A stretch of DNA of 53,762 bases from a virus (taxonomy: Duplodnaviria; Heunggongvirae; Uroviricota; Caudoviricetes), in the IMG/VR virus record IMGVR_UViG_3300027710_000010, positions 1 through 53,762 of that record; one strand, 5' to 3'. The notes beneath the pieces are model-generated. The model did no database searches. It was not told the DNA's origin and was given only the letters and a program-made list of their open reading frames with translations. Both the position numbers and the translations under genes were made by a program. Each line of letters begins with the position of its first letter. The stretch's first letter is position 1. Positions 29,491-38,876 of the stretch are shown here, piece after piece.

Positions 29491-30510
29491 TTACTTGGTT
29501 GTGATGTATTTGTGAAAGTTAAATGAGGCTAGATTTTTAGCCTTACTTTCACACATTATATCAAATTGGTCCCAGAATGTTGAGGCCCATTCATTAACTT
29601 CTTTATTCCAATAGAAGTTTGAGTGGGCTCTCATTTTTTGTTTCTTGTAACCACTGGCTAACAATTTAGCATGATCTGGACGAGTATTGGTACAGTGATT
29701 AATCAAATAGTCTTCACGACTAACTGAGTAGTGCATAGTTGGTCTTAGACCACGCCAAGATTCAACGACACGTAGTACCCTCGGGTCTGTAGGATCAATG
29801 TATTCACCTTCTCGAATCCAGTGATGATGTATATCCATAACAATGGGCAGGATATCAGTTAGTTCTAAGCAGTCCCCCAATCCCCACGAGTTTTCTTCGT
29901 TTTCGATTGTGATGCAGTTTCTTGCTTCGGGGGTAAGTTTTTTGTAGGCAGCTCGAATACCTTGGGGACCGGCTCGACCCGAGATGTGGACGTTGATTTT
30001 AAAGTCCTGAAATTGTTTACCGTAGCCCATGTACCTGACCATATCTGCATGATACTCAAACTCCTCTATTGATCGTTGAACAATATTTTGATCAACACTT
30101 GCAAGAACAGTAAACTGACCAGGATGCATAGAAAGACGGGTACCGCTTTTACGAGCACTATCACCAATAGGGCTAAAATTGCGCTCAAGATACTGAACAA
30201 CGTCAGGCTTACGCCAAAAATAACTCCAACTACGCTCGGTATAAGCAGGAAGAATGTCGCTACTAAGGCGAACCATCCTAAGATTTTCATGTTGCTCCCC
30301 TACTCGGTCAACTAACTTTTTTGTGGCTGTAATATTGCCTACCATTATGTCCCACAGCTTTTGCTCTGCGACATCCTTGGTCTGTCTATTTAACCAGGAT
30401 ATGGTAGTTCCCCCTGTGTTAAATTGTTTAGCATCGTCCTTAGGACTAATACCATCAACTTGATCTGGGCGATCAATCCATTTACATGCGAAGCCTATAC
30501 GTTTTTTCAT
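29491..30510 (-). CDS. uvsE: UV-damage endonuclease (UvsE/UVDE family)
   Basis: RIGFAC, RLSSD, LSMHPGQF, IENEE, DIHHH motifs. Start at 30510 preferred because 30516 abuts the -10 box. Confidence 0.92.
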   Translation of the reverse strand: MKKRIGFACKWIDRPDQVDGISPKDDAKQFNTGGTTISWLNRQTKDVAEQKLWDIMVGNITATKKLVDRVGEQHENLRMVRLSSDILPAYTERSWSYFWRKPDVVQYLERNFSPIGDSARKSGTRLSMHPGQFTVLASVDQNIVQRSIEEFEYHADMVRYMGYGKQFQDFKINVHISGRAGPQGIRAAYKKLTPEARNCITIENEENSWGLGDCLELTDILPIVMDIHHHWIREGEYIDPTDPRVLRVVESWRGLRPTMHYSVSREDYLINHCTNTRPDHAKLLASGYKKQKMRAHSNFYWNKEVNEWASTFWDQFDIMCESKAKNLASFNFHKYITTK

Positions 30511-30516
30511 ATTCAT

Positions 30517-30545
30517 ATTATACTACACTAGTTGATTAATGTCAA
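30517..30545 (-). promoter_or_regulatory. sigma70-type promoter TTGACA-N17-TATAAT
   Basis: Perfect consensus; the -10 box ends 6 nt before ATG 30510. Confidence 0.8.
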
Positions 30546-31366
30546 TATATACTTGTATGATTTTTGATTTTTATGGCAACTTTGGTGCTCTAAATAGTCC
30601 CCCAATTTTTGAAGCATTTGAAATTGGATTAAAGAAGCACGGGCATGAAGTAAGACACCATTCCGGCGATGGTGACGTAGCAGTGATTTGGAGTGTACTT
30701 TGGTATGGAAGGATGGCGTCAAATTATCCAATTTGGCAAAAATATCGTAACCAAAATAAACCTGTTATTGTTTTAGAAGTTGGAGCACTGAAAAGAGACG
30801 TTACTTGGAAGATCGGTATTAACGGAATCAACATGGGATCTTACTTTGTCAATAACAATATGGACAGTAGTAGGATAAACAGTTTTGGATTAACATTAGA
30901 TGACTGGAAAACAGGTTCTAATATTATTATTTGTAGTCAGCATGACCGCAGCCAGCAATGGCAGGGAAATAAATCCTTAGATCAATGGGTAACTGACACT
31001 GTCAATGAATTGAAAAAACACACAGACAAACCAATTAAGTTACGCCCGCATCCAAGATGTCCAGTTCGAGGCATTTCAAATATCAAAATTGACACTACTA
31101 CACCGTTTGCAACTGATTTAGCAACTGCATGGGCAGTAGTCAACTGGAATTCTAATCCCGGAATCGAATCAATAATCCACGGCGTACCTTCTTTTGTCGG
31201 TCCTACCAGTCTAGCCAGTCCCGTAGCCAATTTGCAGTTATCGCAAATAGCAAATCCAAATAAGCCTGACAGACAACAATGGTTTAACAACCTTGCTTGG
31301 ACAGAGTGGACAGTGGATGAAATGACTAAAGGTATTCCTCAGGAATACATTATCGCCAGTTTTTAA
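30539..31366 (+). CDS. Glycosyltransferase/capsule-modification-like protein
   Basis: IKLRPHP and VNWNSNPGIESIIHGVP resemble GT-B/KpsS-like C-terminal motifs; start may be 30557. Confidence 0.5.
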   Translation: MSIYTCMIFDFYGNFGALNSPPIFEAFEIGLKKHGHEVRHHSGDGDVAVIWSVLWYGRMASNYPIWQKYRNQNKPVIVLEVGALKRDVTWKIGINGINMGSYFVNNNMDSSRINSFGLTLDDWKTGSNIIICSQHDRSQQWQGNKSLDQWVTDTVNELKKHTDKPIKLRPHPRCPVRGISNIKIDTTTPFATDLATAWAVVNWNSNPGIESIIHGVPSFVGPTSLASPVANLQLSQIANPNKPDRQQWFNNLAWTEWTVDEMTKGIPQEYIIASF

Positions 31367-32045
31367 CTATAACTGGATCTTCAATAGTGTGAACATGTGG
31401 GTATCCATGAAATGCAATGATTGATGTGCTATCATGTATCGCTGGGTCTCTAATAGTTTTAAATTTACTTTGCGGACCTAAGGTGGTAAGCTCGTCCCTA
31501 CTACGAATTTCCCACTTGTAGCTACGTATCCATTCGTCAGGGAAGAATTTGATTTTGTCTCTGCACAATGACCATATCCAGTCTTGATCACCGTGATATT
31601 TTCTAGCAACATTTGGATCTGTTTCAAACCTATCCCAAATTTCAGAAAACTTTCCTGCTGGCCACTTGAGTACAGCACTACCTAACTTTTGATAATCTGG
31701 TCTAAAGACACGTCCAACATCTCGTAGGCCTACAAATTCTTCAGGAAGGTAATCCATATAATGATCAATACCTTTTACAATGACCATGTCTAGGTCAATA
31801 TAAAAATTAGTATCACCTTCTGGAAAATGATCTGCTTTAAATATGTAAGGCTTCCACCACCAACCTTGTATATTGTTGTGTGGTAGTAGTCTTACTTCTA
31901 TTCCAGGATTTAAATCTTTAGGGTCATCTGTAAAGCATACAAATCTATGAGGCATCCTGAGATGCCTCTGAATCATATTATATAGATTATTAGCATAGGC
32001 AGTACTATACTTTGTACCGTGCTTTAAACAAATGACGTTTAACAT
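31350..32045 (-). CDS. GT-A glycosyltransferase-like protein
   Basis: FVCFTDD, WWWKPYIF, DLD (DxD), GDQDW, FHGYPH motifs. Confidence 0.7.
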   Translation of the reverse strand: MLNVICLKHGTKYSTAYANNLYNMIQRHLRMPHRFVCFTDDPKDLNPGIEVRLLPHNNIQGWWWKPYIFKADHFPEGDTNFYIDLDMVIVKGIDHYMDYLPEEFVGLRDVGRVFRPDYQKLGSAVLKWPAGKFSEIWDRFETDPNVARKYHGDQDWIWSLCRDKIKFFPDEWIRSYKWEIRSRDELTTLGPQSKFKTIRDPAIHDSTSIIAFHGYPHVHTIEDPVIVKNWR

Positions 32046-32569
32046 TAACCTTCGTAGACTGCACTGTTGCCAGCATGTTCAAATACTTCAACTGAACGAA
32101 GTTTAACTCCGGCACCGACTGGATAACGTGCTTCAAAAAGGCGACCGTCTGGATGCGTCCAACTTGTGCCTGCTTGGTATGCTATCAAGATTTCGTTCAT
32201 TGTCTTATAAGCTAATTCGGCAAACTTTTCGCAACCAACTGCTTCTACTAGACGCAAATCTAGTACACCACCTTCTGCTTGTTTACCTAACTTGGCAAGT
32301 TCTTTAAACTTTGGAAGATGCGGATCGTCCAATGCCATAACAGTGGTGTGGTCAAACTGCCACTCACTCCACTCTTTAAATGCCTTAAGTCCACCAAAGT
32401 CCATAACCCAGTTGCGGTCATCCAATGTTTCTGATTCGAAAATTAATTTGATACCAATTGAGTATCCGTGTAGTAATGAGCAGTGACTATGTGTACTTCT
32501 CCACTGTCTAAAACAGCATGAAAGGCCGCGGTCGTTACCGTATGTTTTTGTTGAAAGATATTTTGCCAT
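32045..32569 (-). CDS. queD: 6-carboxy-5,6,7,8-tetrahydropterin synthase (QueD/PTPS family)
   Basis: HCSLLHGY, MDFGGLK, FDH, VFEH motifs. Start moved to ATG 32569 (AAGGA RBS). Confidence 0.85.
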   Translation of the reverse strand: MAKYLSTKTYGNDRGLSCCFRQWRSTHSHCSLLHGYSIGIKLIFESETLDDRNWVMDFGGLKAFKEWSEWQFDHTTVMALDDPHLPKFKELAKLGKQAEGGVLDLRLVEAVGCEKFAELAYKTMNEILIAYQAGTSWTHPDGRLFEARYPVGAGVKLRSVEVFEHAGNSAVYEG

Positions 32570-32636
32570 TGTTGTTTTCCTTGTTAACAATGACACGCAG
32601 AGTTTATATTGCGGGATGAGCGTCTAAGTCCGCATA
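32565..32636 (-). promoter_or_regulatory. Candidate preQ1-I-like riboswitch variant with start-codon-sequestering stem
   Basis: UGCGG/CCGCA P1 stem, loop ending AUC, A-rich tail AUAUAAAC, ACGC/GCGU pseudoknot, then UGUCAUUGUU/AACAAUGGCA stem over the AUG. Confidence 0.55.
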
Positions 32637-32641
32637 TAGTA

Positions 32642-32669
32642 ATTATACACGAATTACATCTAAAGTCAA
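32642..32669 (-). promoter_or_regulatory. sigma70-type promoter TTGACT-N16-TATAAT for queD
   Basis: Predicted start site near 32635, at the 5' edge of the leader stem. Confidence 0.7.
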
Positions 32670-33260
32670 ATTTCTGATATTCATCCACTCAACTGGATTT
32701 ACCCAATCGTCGTTGTGCCAATGTGTAAATTCTATATCAGGGAAGCTGTCAAAAATTTTCTTTAAATGGTATATCCAATAACTATGATTTACTGGCTTAT
32801 CTGTGGCCTTGCCATAGTTTTGTGTGTCTTTATAAATGTTGTTTAACTGTTTTGATGCGCTGTACATATCAAAGCCTAATAGATTAACTTGTTTAGGCTT
32901 CATATAACATGCAACTAATATGGCAAATGGTCCAGTATTCCAGTGCCAAGGATCATCAATTCTATCAGTACCAATATAAGGCAATGGCGGCACAACAGAA
33001 ACATTAGGATATTGTGTATAATGATTGACCCAGTCGGGTCTTGTATACACAGGAACGTTTTTATAAAGCGGGTTTGCTACGATTTCGTTGACCATGCGTC
33101 GGTCTACTGCTACAATTTGATTGCATACAAATTCTCTATGTATGGCATTGCAACCAATTGTATATCCTAACGATTTTAGTTCGTAAGATTTACGACTTTC
33201 GCCATTACCTACGACCCAAATTTCACTGGGACTGTATTTGTCCAAATGGCATCCATTCAC
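32643..33260 (-). CDS. Sialyltransferase/MAF-flag10-like Rossmann protein (sugar-transfer-related)
   Basis: VVGNGESR...IGCNAIHRE...LLGFD pattern; start may be TTG 33245. Confidence 0.45.
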   Translation of the reverse strand: MNGCHLDKYSPSEIWVVGNGESRKSYELKSLGYTIGCNAIHREFVCNQIVAVDRRMVNEIVANPLYKNVPVYTRPDWVNHYTQYPNVSVVPPLPYIGTDRIDDPWHWNTGPFAILVACYMKPKQVNLLGFDMYSASKQLNNIYKDTQNYGKATDKPVNHSYWIYHLKKIFDSFPDIEFTHWHNDDWVNPVEWMNIRNLTLDVIRV

Positions 33261-34755
33261 CGGGTGTTCCTTCTCTTACGCAAATCCAGCCCACATAGTC
33301 GGTTGCTTTAGGTTGAGTGTTCCAACAAATGTCGCCTACACTAAATCTTCCTACTGTTGGCCTTGCATCGCTTTTAACAAATCGTTTATTGTTAAGACTA
33401 ACTGGACCGTTTACAGTAAGTGCCATATTTTCTTCAGGACTGTTCGCACCAACAGAAACTTGACCATAGATTGAAACTTTTCTGTTTATATTTTGTTTGT
33501 TGCCTAGCTCAATAGAACCTTTACTGTCTACTTTAAACTCTTGTTCGTTATCACAAATAATATTAAAGTCGCTGTTTACTTTAAATCCATTGTTAGTGAT
33601 AGTAAAGTCGTTGCCGCCAGCGAACTGTATTCCATGCTGTGATAATGTAATGGCGTTATCAGTACCAACGGTCACGATGCCATAGAAGTTGCTATCGTTA
33701 TTAACTTCTAATGAATTTAAGCGACCTAATCTAGTTAAACTACTTTCAGTTACTGACTCGCCTAAACTATTTTTACTCAACACCATTGCATTATCAATGG
33801 CATAATATTTTTCATTTGACAGATCAATCGTTTCTGTGCTCCAGATACGATCTGGTGAACTCATGTACGTAAACTGTTTGGTGTCATTATTATGGTACCA
33901 AACAATACCAGTGCCATAAATGGTATTTCCGTTCTTAGCAACAAACGATAAAGGACTAGAACTTTCATTTGCTGTGACTAAACTGTCGACTTCTAATTTA
34001 CCGTGGATCCTAACTACTGCATTTTTATATTTTGCATGGCCAATATCGATCTCGCCTGTATTCTTTAACGTAATTCTAGCAGTATTGTCCGTGCCTAATT
34101 CTAAATTTGAATTATTATAAGTACCAATGTAAGCATAGTCGTTTTTATAACTGCCCAATACAATATCAACGTTGTTTTCATGAATACCAATAGCACCATT
34201 TGGGCTATCTGTATTAATACCAAATCTATTGTGTACATGGTTAAAAAATGCAAATTCTGCAAACTCAACCGCACCCGTAACATTCAATGATTTTAAGTTA
34301 CCAACTGTTTGTAATCCGCTATGCACAATTCCATCACCGAGACTTGTACTAGTAATAACTGGCACGCCATCAATACTGTATACTTTTTCTCTAGCTAGAT
34401 CCAAGTCCATTGTACTCCACATCTTATTGCCTTCTTTAAAGACAAATTGACGTGTTGCATGTCCATCTGTGAATCTAAATCCCCTGCCATCCAATTCTTT
34501 TTCTGTATTAGCGGAGAAGGAAACTGGATCTTTAACCCCGCCGGCTTCATCACAAATGATGTGTTTTACATTGATTGTGTCGGCAGTAATTGCACCTTTG
34601 ATATTGACATCTCTATCTATAGTTACCGTGTCGTTGAATTTAGTAGTTCCGACAACTTCTAAGCTACCGGCGTGAGTTAATGCACCTTCGGTGAATTTTA
34701 CACGTAGTTTATCAATAACTAGTTTGTCGTCTACGATTGAAAGCAGTTGATTCAT
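33223..34755 (-). CDS. Virion structural/fibre-like protein
   Basis: 510 aa, beta-rich, repeated internal module; C-terminal GDICWN...YVGWIC...GTPGEW. Confidence 0.55.
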   Translation of the reverse strand: MNQLLSIVDDKLVIDKLRVKFTEGALTHAGSLEVVGTTKFNDTVTIDRDVNIKGAITADTINVKHIICDEAGGVKDPVSFSANTEKELDGRGFRFTDGHATRQFVFKEGNKMWSTMDLDLAREKVYSIDGVPVITSTSLGDGIVHSGLQTVGNLKSLNVTGAVEFAEFAFFNHVHNRFGINTDSPNGAIGIHENNVDIVLGSYKNDYAYIGTYNNSNLELGTDNTARITLKNTGEIDIGHAKYKNAVVRIHGKLEVDSLVTANESSSPLSFVAKNGNTIYGTGIVWYHNNDTKQFTYMSSPDRIWSTETIDLSNEKYYAIDNAMVLSKNSLGESVTESSLTRLGRLNSLEVNNDSNFYGIVTVGTDNAITLSQHGIQFAGGNDFTITNNGFKVNSDFNIICDNEQEFKVDSKGSIELGNKQNINRKVSIYGQVSVGANSPEENMALTVNGPVSLNNKRFVKSDARPTVGRFSVGDICWNTQPKATDYVGWICVREGTPGEWMPFGQIQSQ

Positions 34756-34760
34756 GGGAT

Positions 34761-34820
34761 ATCTCTCTTATTCAGTATTTAGCTAGAATCTGTTTTACGA
34801 TAAATACTTCAAAAGAGAGA
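34761..34820. promoter_or_regulatory. Divergent late promoters (GCTAAATA minus 34776-83; GATAAATA plus 34799-806) flanked by inverted RBS arms
   Basis: TCTCTCTT(34762-69)/AAGAGAGA(34813-20) inverted repeat; each arm is the purine-rich RBS of one divergent gene. Confidence 0.55.
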
Positions 34821-34827
34821 GTTCAGT

Positions 34828-36351
34828 ATGCCAGTAGCAACAGCAGATGCGTTTAGACGCATAACAGTTCAACCAGATGATGTGACCATAGTAGCAGAAC
34901 AAGTGGGTGATACTCTCACACTTGTTGCTGGCACAGGTATTAGTCTAGTTGCAAATCCGACTAGTGATCAAATTACGATCGTTAATACAACTATCGCCCC
35001 GGCTAGTACTGCTAATTGGGATACTGCTTACAGTTGGGGCAATCATGCAACTGCCGGGTATTTGAAGACAGCGCCAGAATATAAATTTAATGTTGCTGCC
35101 GACGATTCTACACAGAGGATTATAAACAGCGGCGAAACGATTAAATTTATAGGCGCCTCAAACATAGCAACATCTACAGATAGTGAGGGCAATGTTACTA
35201 TCACAGGACCGAATTTATCAGGATACATTACTTCAGAAAGTGATCCAATATTTACGGCATCCCCTGCCAATGGAATTACCAATACAAATATTACAAATTG
35301 GAACACTGCTTATAGTTGGGGAAATCATGCAACTGCTGGTTATTTGACATCAATAGGCAGTATAGGCAATGATGTCACTATAGGCAGCATCAGGATCAAC
35401 ACGAATGTGATTCAAACCGTTGATAGCAATGCTGACTTAGAATTGCGAGCTTCTGGAACAGGCGATGTTTTAATTAGTTCTCCTGTACAATTTACTAGCA
35501 CAGTTAGTGGTGTTACTGCAACGCATGTAGGATTAGGTAATGTGACTAATGAGTCAAAAGCTACAATGTTTACATCGCCTACATTTACTGGTACGGTTAG
35601 TGGTGTTACTGCAACTCATGTAGGTCTCGGTAATGTGCTAAATGTGGCACAAGAACCGGCTATTACATTAGGAACGACAGCACAATATTTCCGTGGTGAT
35701 AAAACATTTCAAACTTTGAACTCGACTGCTGTTGGGTTAGGTAATGTAACTAATGAATCAAAAGCTACAATGTTTAGCAGTCCAACATTTACTGGAACTG
35801 TAAGTGGTGTTACTGCAACTCATGTGGGATTAGGTAATGTAACTAATGAATCAAAAGCTACAATGTTTAGCAGTCCAACATTTACTGGAACTGTAAGTGG
35901 TGTTACTGCAACTCATGTGGGATTAGGTAATGTAACTAATGAATCAAAAGCTACAATGTTTACATCACCTACATTTACTGGATTAACTACACTACAGCAG
36001 ACTACAGAAGTTCTCAACACTAAGACTAGTGCAACTGGCACAGTGGCTCACGATTTTTCAACTGGTGCTATTTGGCATCATTCTGCACCGTCTAGTAACT
36101 TTACAGTTAACCTTACTAACGTGCCTACAACAGAAAATAGAACTACTGTTGCTACGCTAATCATACAACAAGGTTTAACACCCTATATTCCCAATGCATT
36201 TCAAGTTAACGGAAGCTCGGTATCTATTAACTGGCTTGGGGGTTCTGCTCCGTCAGGTAACTCACTCAAGTTCGATGTAGTTAGTTTTACGCTAATACTA
36301 CGTTCAGGGGCTTTGCCAGCCTTATTGGGCAGTTTATCAACATACGGATAA
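34828..36351 (+). CDS. Tail fibre-like protein with 31-aa tandem repeats
   Basis: Repeated SGVTATHVGLGNVTNESKATMFxSPTFTG; duplicated WxTAYSWGNHATAGYL. Confidence 0.7.
   Translation: MPVATADAFRRITVQPDDVTIVAEQVGDTLTLVAGTGISLVANPTSDQITIVNTTIAPASTANWDTAYSWGNHATAGYLKTAPEYKFNVAADDSTQRIINSGETIKFIGASNIATSTDSEGNVTITGPNLSGYITSESDPIFTASPANGITNTNITNWNTAYSWGNHATAGYLTSIGSIGNDVTIGSIRINTNVIQTVDSNADLELRASGTGDVLISSPVQFTSTVSGVTATHVGLGNVTNESKATMFTSPTFTGTVSGVTATHVGLGNVLNVAQEPAITLGTTAQYFRGDKTFQTLNSTAVGLGNVTNESKATMFSSPTFTGTVSGVTATHVGLGNVTNESKATMFSSPTFTGTVSGVTATHVGLGNVTNESKATMFTSPTFTGLTTLQQTTEVLNTKTSATGTVAHDFSTGAIWHHSAPSSNFTVNLTNVPTTENRTTVATLIIQQGLTPYIPNAFQVNGSSVSINWLGGSAPSGNSLKFDVVSFTLILRSGALPALLGSLSTYG
35737..35961 (+). 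repeat. Perfect in-frame 93-bp tandem repeat (2 full copies plus a partial), diverged copies at about 35500-35640
   Basis: Units start at 35737, 35830 and 35923. Confidence 0.9.
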
Positions 36352-36357
36352 TATTAT

Positions 36358-37548
36358 ATGCCAAGATTATCAGCTCTTAGTTCAAGAAGTTTAACGGGCA
36401 TTGGCATACTAACACCTGTAGTGATTCCAACACTTGCCTCGTTTTCACAAACTGGATTAAGTCAACAAGGTGGTAATTATGTAGCCGCAGTTGACTTTGG
36501 CGGCCCGTCCTATTACAATCAAATTCAATTCGTTGCCGCTGTTAGTGCAGACCCTGCAATATACGGCGGTTCATATAATCCTACACTAGCAGATACTTTC
36601 CAAACAATTTATGACGGGCTACTAATAGGAAGTAAGTTTAATTTTAGTTATTATAACAATTCAAATGTCTTGGTCACACTCACCGCTCTAACATTAAGTT
36701 CAAAAACTATAAGCACAAATCCGCAAGGACGTCCTCAGTTAGAATTATATACTGTTGAAGATATATATTCTTTAATTGGCTCTGGTTCGGTTATAGAAAA
36801 TGAGCTAATGACTGATAACGCAGGAACCGTGACTATTACTGCGGCTAGCATACCAGTTAGTCCATATGTCAGTGGCGGAGTTTTAACATATAACTTCCAA
36901 GGAACAAACGGCGCAACAACAACCGCACGATCATCGGGTTCAAACACGCAGGCCGCAATTACGCTTTACAACGCACAAATTAGCTCACTTCGTGGACCAA
37001 CAGGCGGAACAAGTTTAAAAATAAACAATGTTAACGATGCAAGAGCTGATATTACCAACATGGGCATTGGCTCCGGAACAACTTTTACTATAGAAGGATG
37101 GGTATATTTTAATCAGTTATTCTCTGGGTGGTCGCCTAATATATTTGCTATAGGTGAAAACTCACAAAACTTGTTTTGTTTGAGATGGGGTAATCTTGGT
37201 GCTGGAGTCGAGTTTAGAACCAACCTAAACAACAGTTCTATTGGCCAAGGCGGTCAGAGTGGTGGCTCTGTTACTGGCCTTGCCGCAGGTGTGTGGCAAC
37301 ATCATGCACTTACAGCTAATGGTACTACATACAACTACTACCTAGACGGACAGTTAAAACATACTACATCAACCGGCACCTGGGGGTGGGGAACAACAGC
37401 AGGAAAAAATATTGCAACCTGGACCTTGGGTAACTGGTTAGTCTCCCCATTTGGTAGCCAGCAGGATCAATACATGTGGAACTGGAGATATTCTACCGGT
37501 GTGTTGTATACAAATAATTTTACAGTTAACAAAACTGGCTTAATTTGA
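36358..37548 (+). CDS. Virion protein with C-terminal LamG/concanavalin-like lectin domain
   Basis: FTIEGWVY...WQHHALT...YYLDGQL...WRYSTGVLYTNNF. Confidence 0.7.
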   Translation: MPRLSALSSRSLTGIGILTPVVIPTLASFSQTGLSQQGGNYVAAVDFGGPSYYNQIQFVAAVSADPAIYGGSYNPTLADTFQTIYDGLLIGSKFNFSYYNNSNVLVTLTALTLSSKTISTNPQGRPQLELYTVEDIYSLIGSGSVIENELMTDNAGTVTITAASIPVSPYVSGGVLTYNFQGTNGATTTARSSGSNTQAAITLYNAQISSLRGPTGGTSLKINNVNDARADITNMGIGSGTTFTIEGWVYFNQLFSGWSPNIFAIGENSQNLFCLRWGNLGAGVEFRTNLNNSSIGQGGQSGGSVTGLAAGVWQHHALTANGTTYNYYLDGQLKHTTSTGTWGWGTTAGKNIATWTLGNWLVSPFGSQQDQYMWNWRYSTGVLYTNNFTVNKTGLI

Positions 37549-37599
37549 AACTAGCATCAATACAGAAAGTATCCGCCGCCGTAAATAGCATCCCATTCT

Positions 37600-38802
37600 T
37601 TATGCTACTTTTAACAGGATAGTTTCTTCATTAATGCGTCCATTCATCTTAGTGTCAGTAGCATTAACGTCATCCAAGAACTTACGCAACTGTACCTTGC
37701 CTGCCGCCTTAAATTCCTTCAGCTTTTCTTCAGGCTTACGGATAGTCTTTTGAATACTCTTAAACTCATCAAAGTTAGTAATTGTAGTACCTTTGACATT
37801 TAGCGTGTTAAATTCAGCGGCAACGTAACGTCCCAACTTACGGGTCTTAGTATTAAAGATCCACAATTCCCCAGCGCCAATAATATCAATAGGATTGATA
37901 CTGACCAGTTTCAACGGCTCGTTTGTCTTCATAAACTTGAGTTTAGCAACAAGTTTGTCCTTGCTAACTGCCTTAGTCTTACGTGGAGCACGATTCACTT
38001 TTGCCTCTTGTGCAAGCATATCGCAAGCCATCATAATTTCTTGATAGAAAGCAATCAAGTTTTTAACTTGCTTTTTACTGCGGTGGCTGTAGCCCTCTTT
38101 CAATTGCTCGTCACCTTTACCGCTGGCAAGTTCTTCAAGCTCTGCCAAATCACGAGCATAAAAGTCTTTAATAATACGAGCATGTGCCGCCTTAACTTGC
38201 TTACCCTTTAGCAGGTTCAATACTTTGAACGCTTTTGGATCAAAGCTATCTGGATCTGTTTGGAATCCTTCAATAGCATCCTCCAATTCTTCAGTCATTC
38301 GATAGGCAGCTTCCTTAACACGATCTTGGATCGAAGGTGTGTATACTGCTGGCTTTGCGGCTTCAGCGGCTTTGACTTCATCCTCATCAACGTCATCTTT
38401 ACCTTGTGCAATAACTTCTACAATCTGCTTACGCAACCACACTGTAGTGTCTCTACCGTCATTAAAATCTGCGCGGACTGCTGGCATACCTCGGAGCAAA
38501 CAACTTGCAATAGCACCCATTGTAACATTGCAACGATTGTCTTTTGTTTTCTTAAATGCTACAATGTCTTTCTTGTCACACTCGATGCTGGTCATCCATT
38601 TAACAACTGCTGGCTTCAAATCTTTACCGCTAAATTCCAAACGGTAATATTCCATTGCAATATGCCAGTGACGCAAAAACTGATTTGCATCCATTTTTTC
38701 CACATCATCCCATGTAGGACTGTGATCCTTAACTGCACGGGTACGGTGGGCAATAACTTGTTTTTTAGTTATGCGAGTTTTAGATGCTGTTTTTGTAGCC
38801 AA
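37600..38802 (-). CDS. Hypothetical early protein
   Basis: 400 aa; TTG start with AGGAG RBS under a sigma70 promoter. Confidence 0.8.
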   Translation of the reverse strand: MATKTASKTRITKKQVIAHRTRAVKDHSPTWDDVEKMDANQFLRHWHIAMEYYRLEFSGKDLKPAVVKWMTSIECDKKDIVAFKKTKDNRCNVTMGAIASCLLRGMPAVRADFNDGRDTTVWLRKQIVEVIAQGKDDVDEDEVKAAEAAKPAVYTPSIQDRVKEAAYRMTEELEDAIEGFQTDPDSFDPKAFKVLNLLKGKQVKAAHARIIKDFYARDLAELEELASGKGDEQLKEGYSHRSKKQVKNLIAFYQEIMMACDMLAQEAKVNRAPRKTKAVSKDKLVAKLKFMKTNEPLKLVSINPIDIIGAGELWIFNTKTRKLGRYVAAEFNTLNVKGTTITNFDEFKSIQKTIRKPEEKLKEFKAAGKVQLRKFLDDVNATDTKMNGRINEETILLKVA

Positions 38803-38834
38803 TTTGTGCTCCTGTTGTGTTTAGCAATATGTAT

Positions 38835-38863
38835 ATTATATATGAGTTCGCATCGAAAGTCAA
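38835..38863 (-). promoter_or_regulatory. sigma70-type promoter TTGACT-N17-TATAAT
   Basis: Intergenic consensus match. Confidence 0.75.
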
Positions 38864-38876
38864 GCGATTTTTTACC

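Noticed and set aside
35737-35961. Possible CRISPR array
   Set aside because: Contiguous in-frame 93-bp coding repeats with no spacers; no cas genes in the window.
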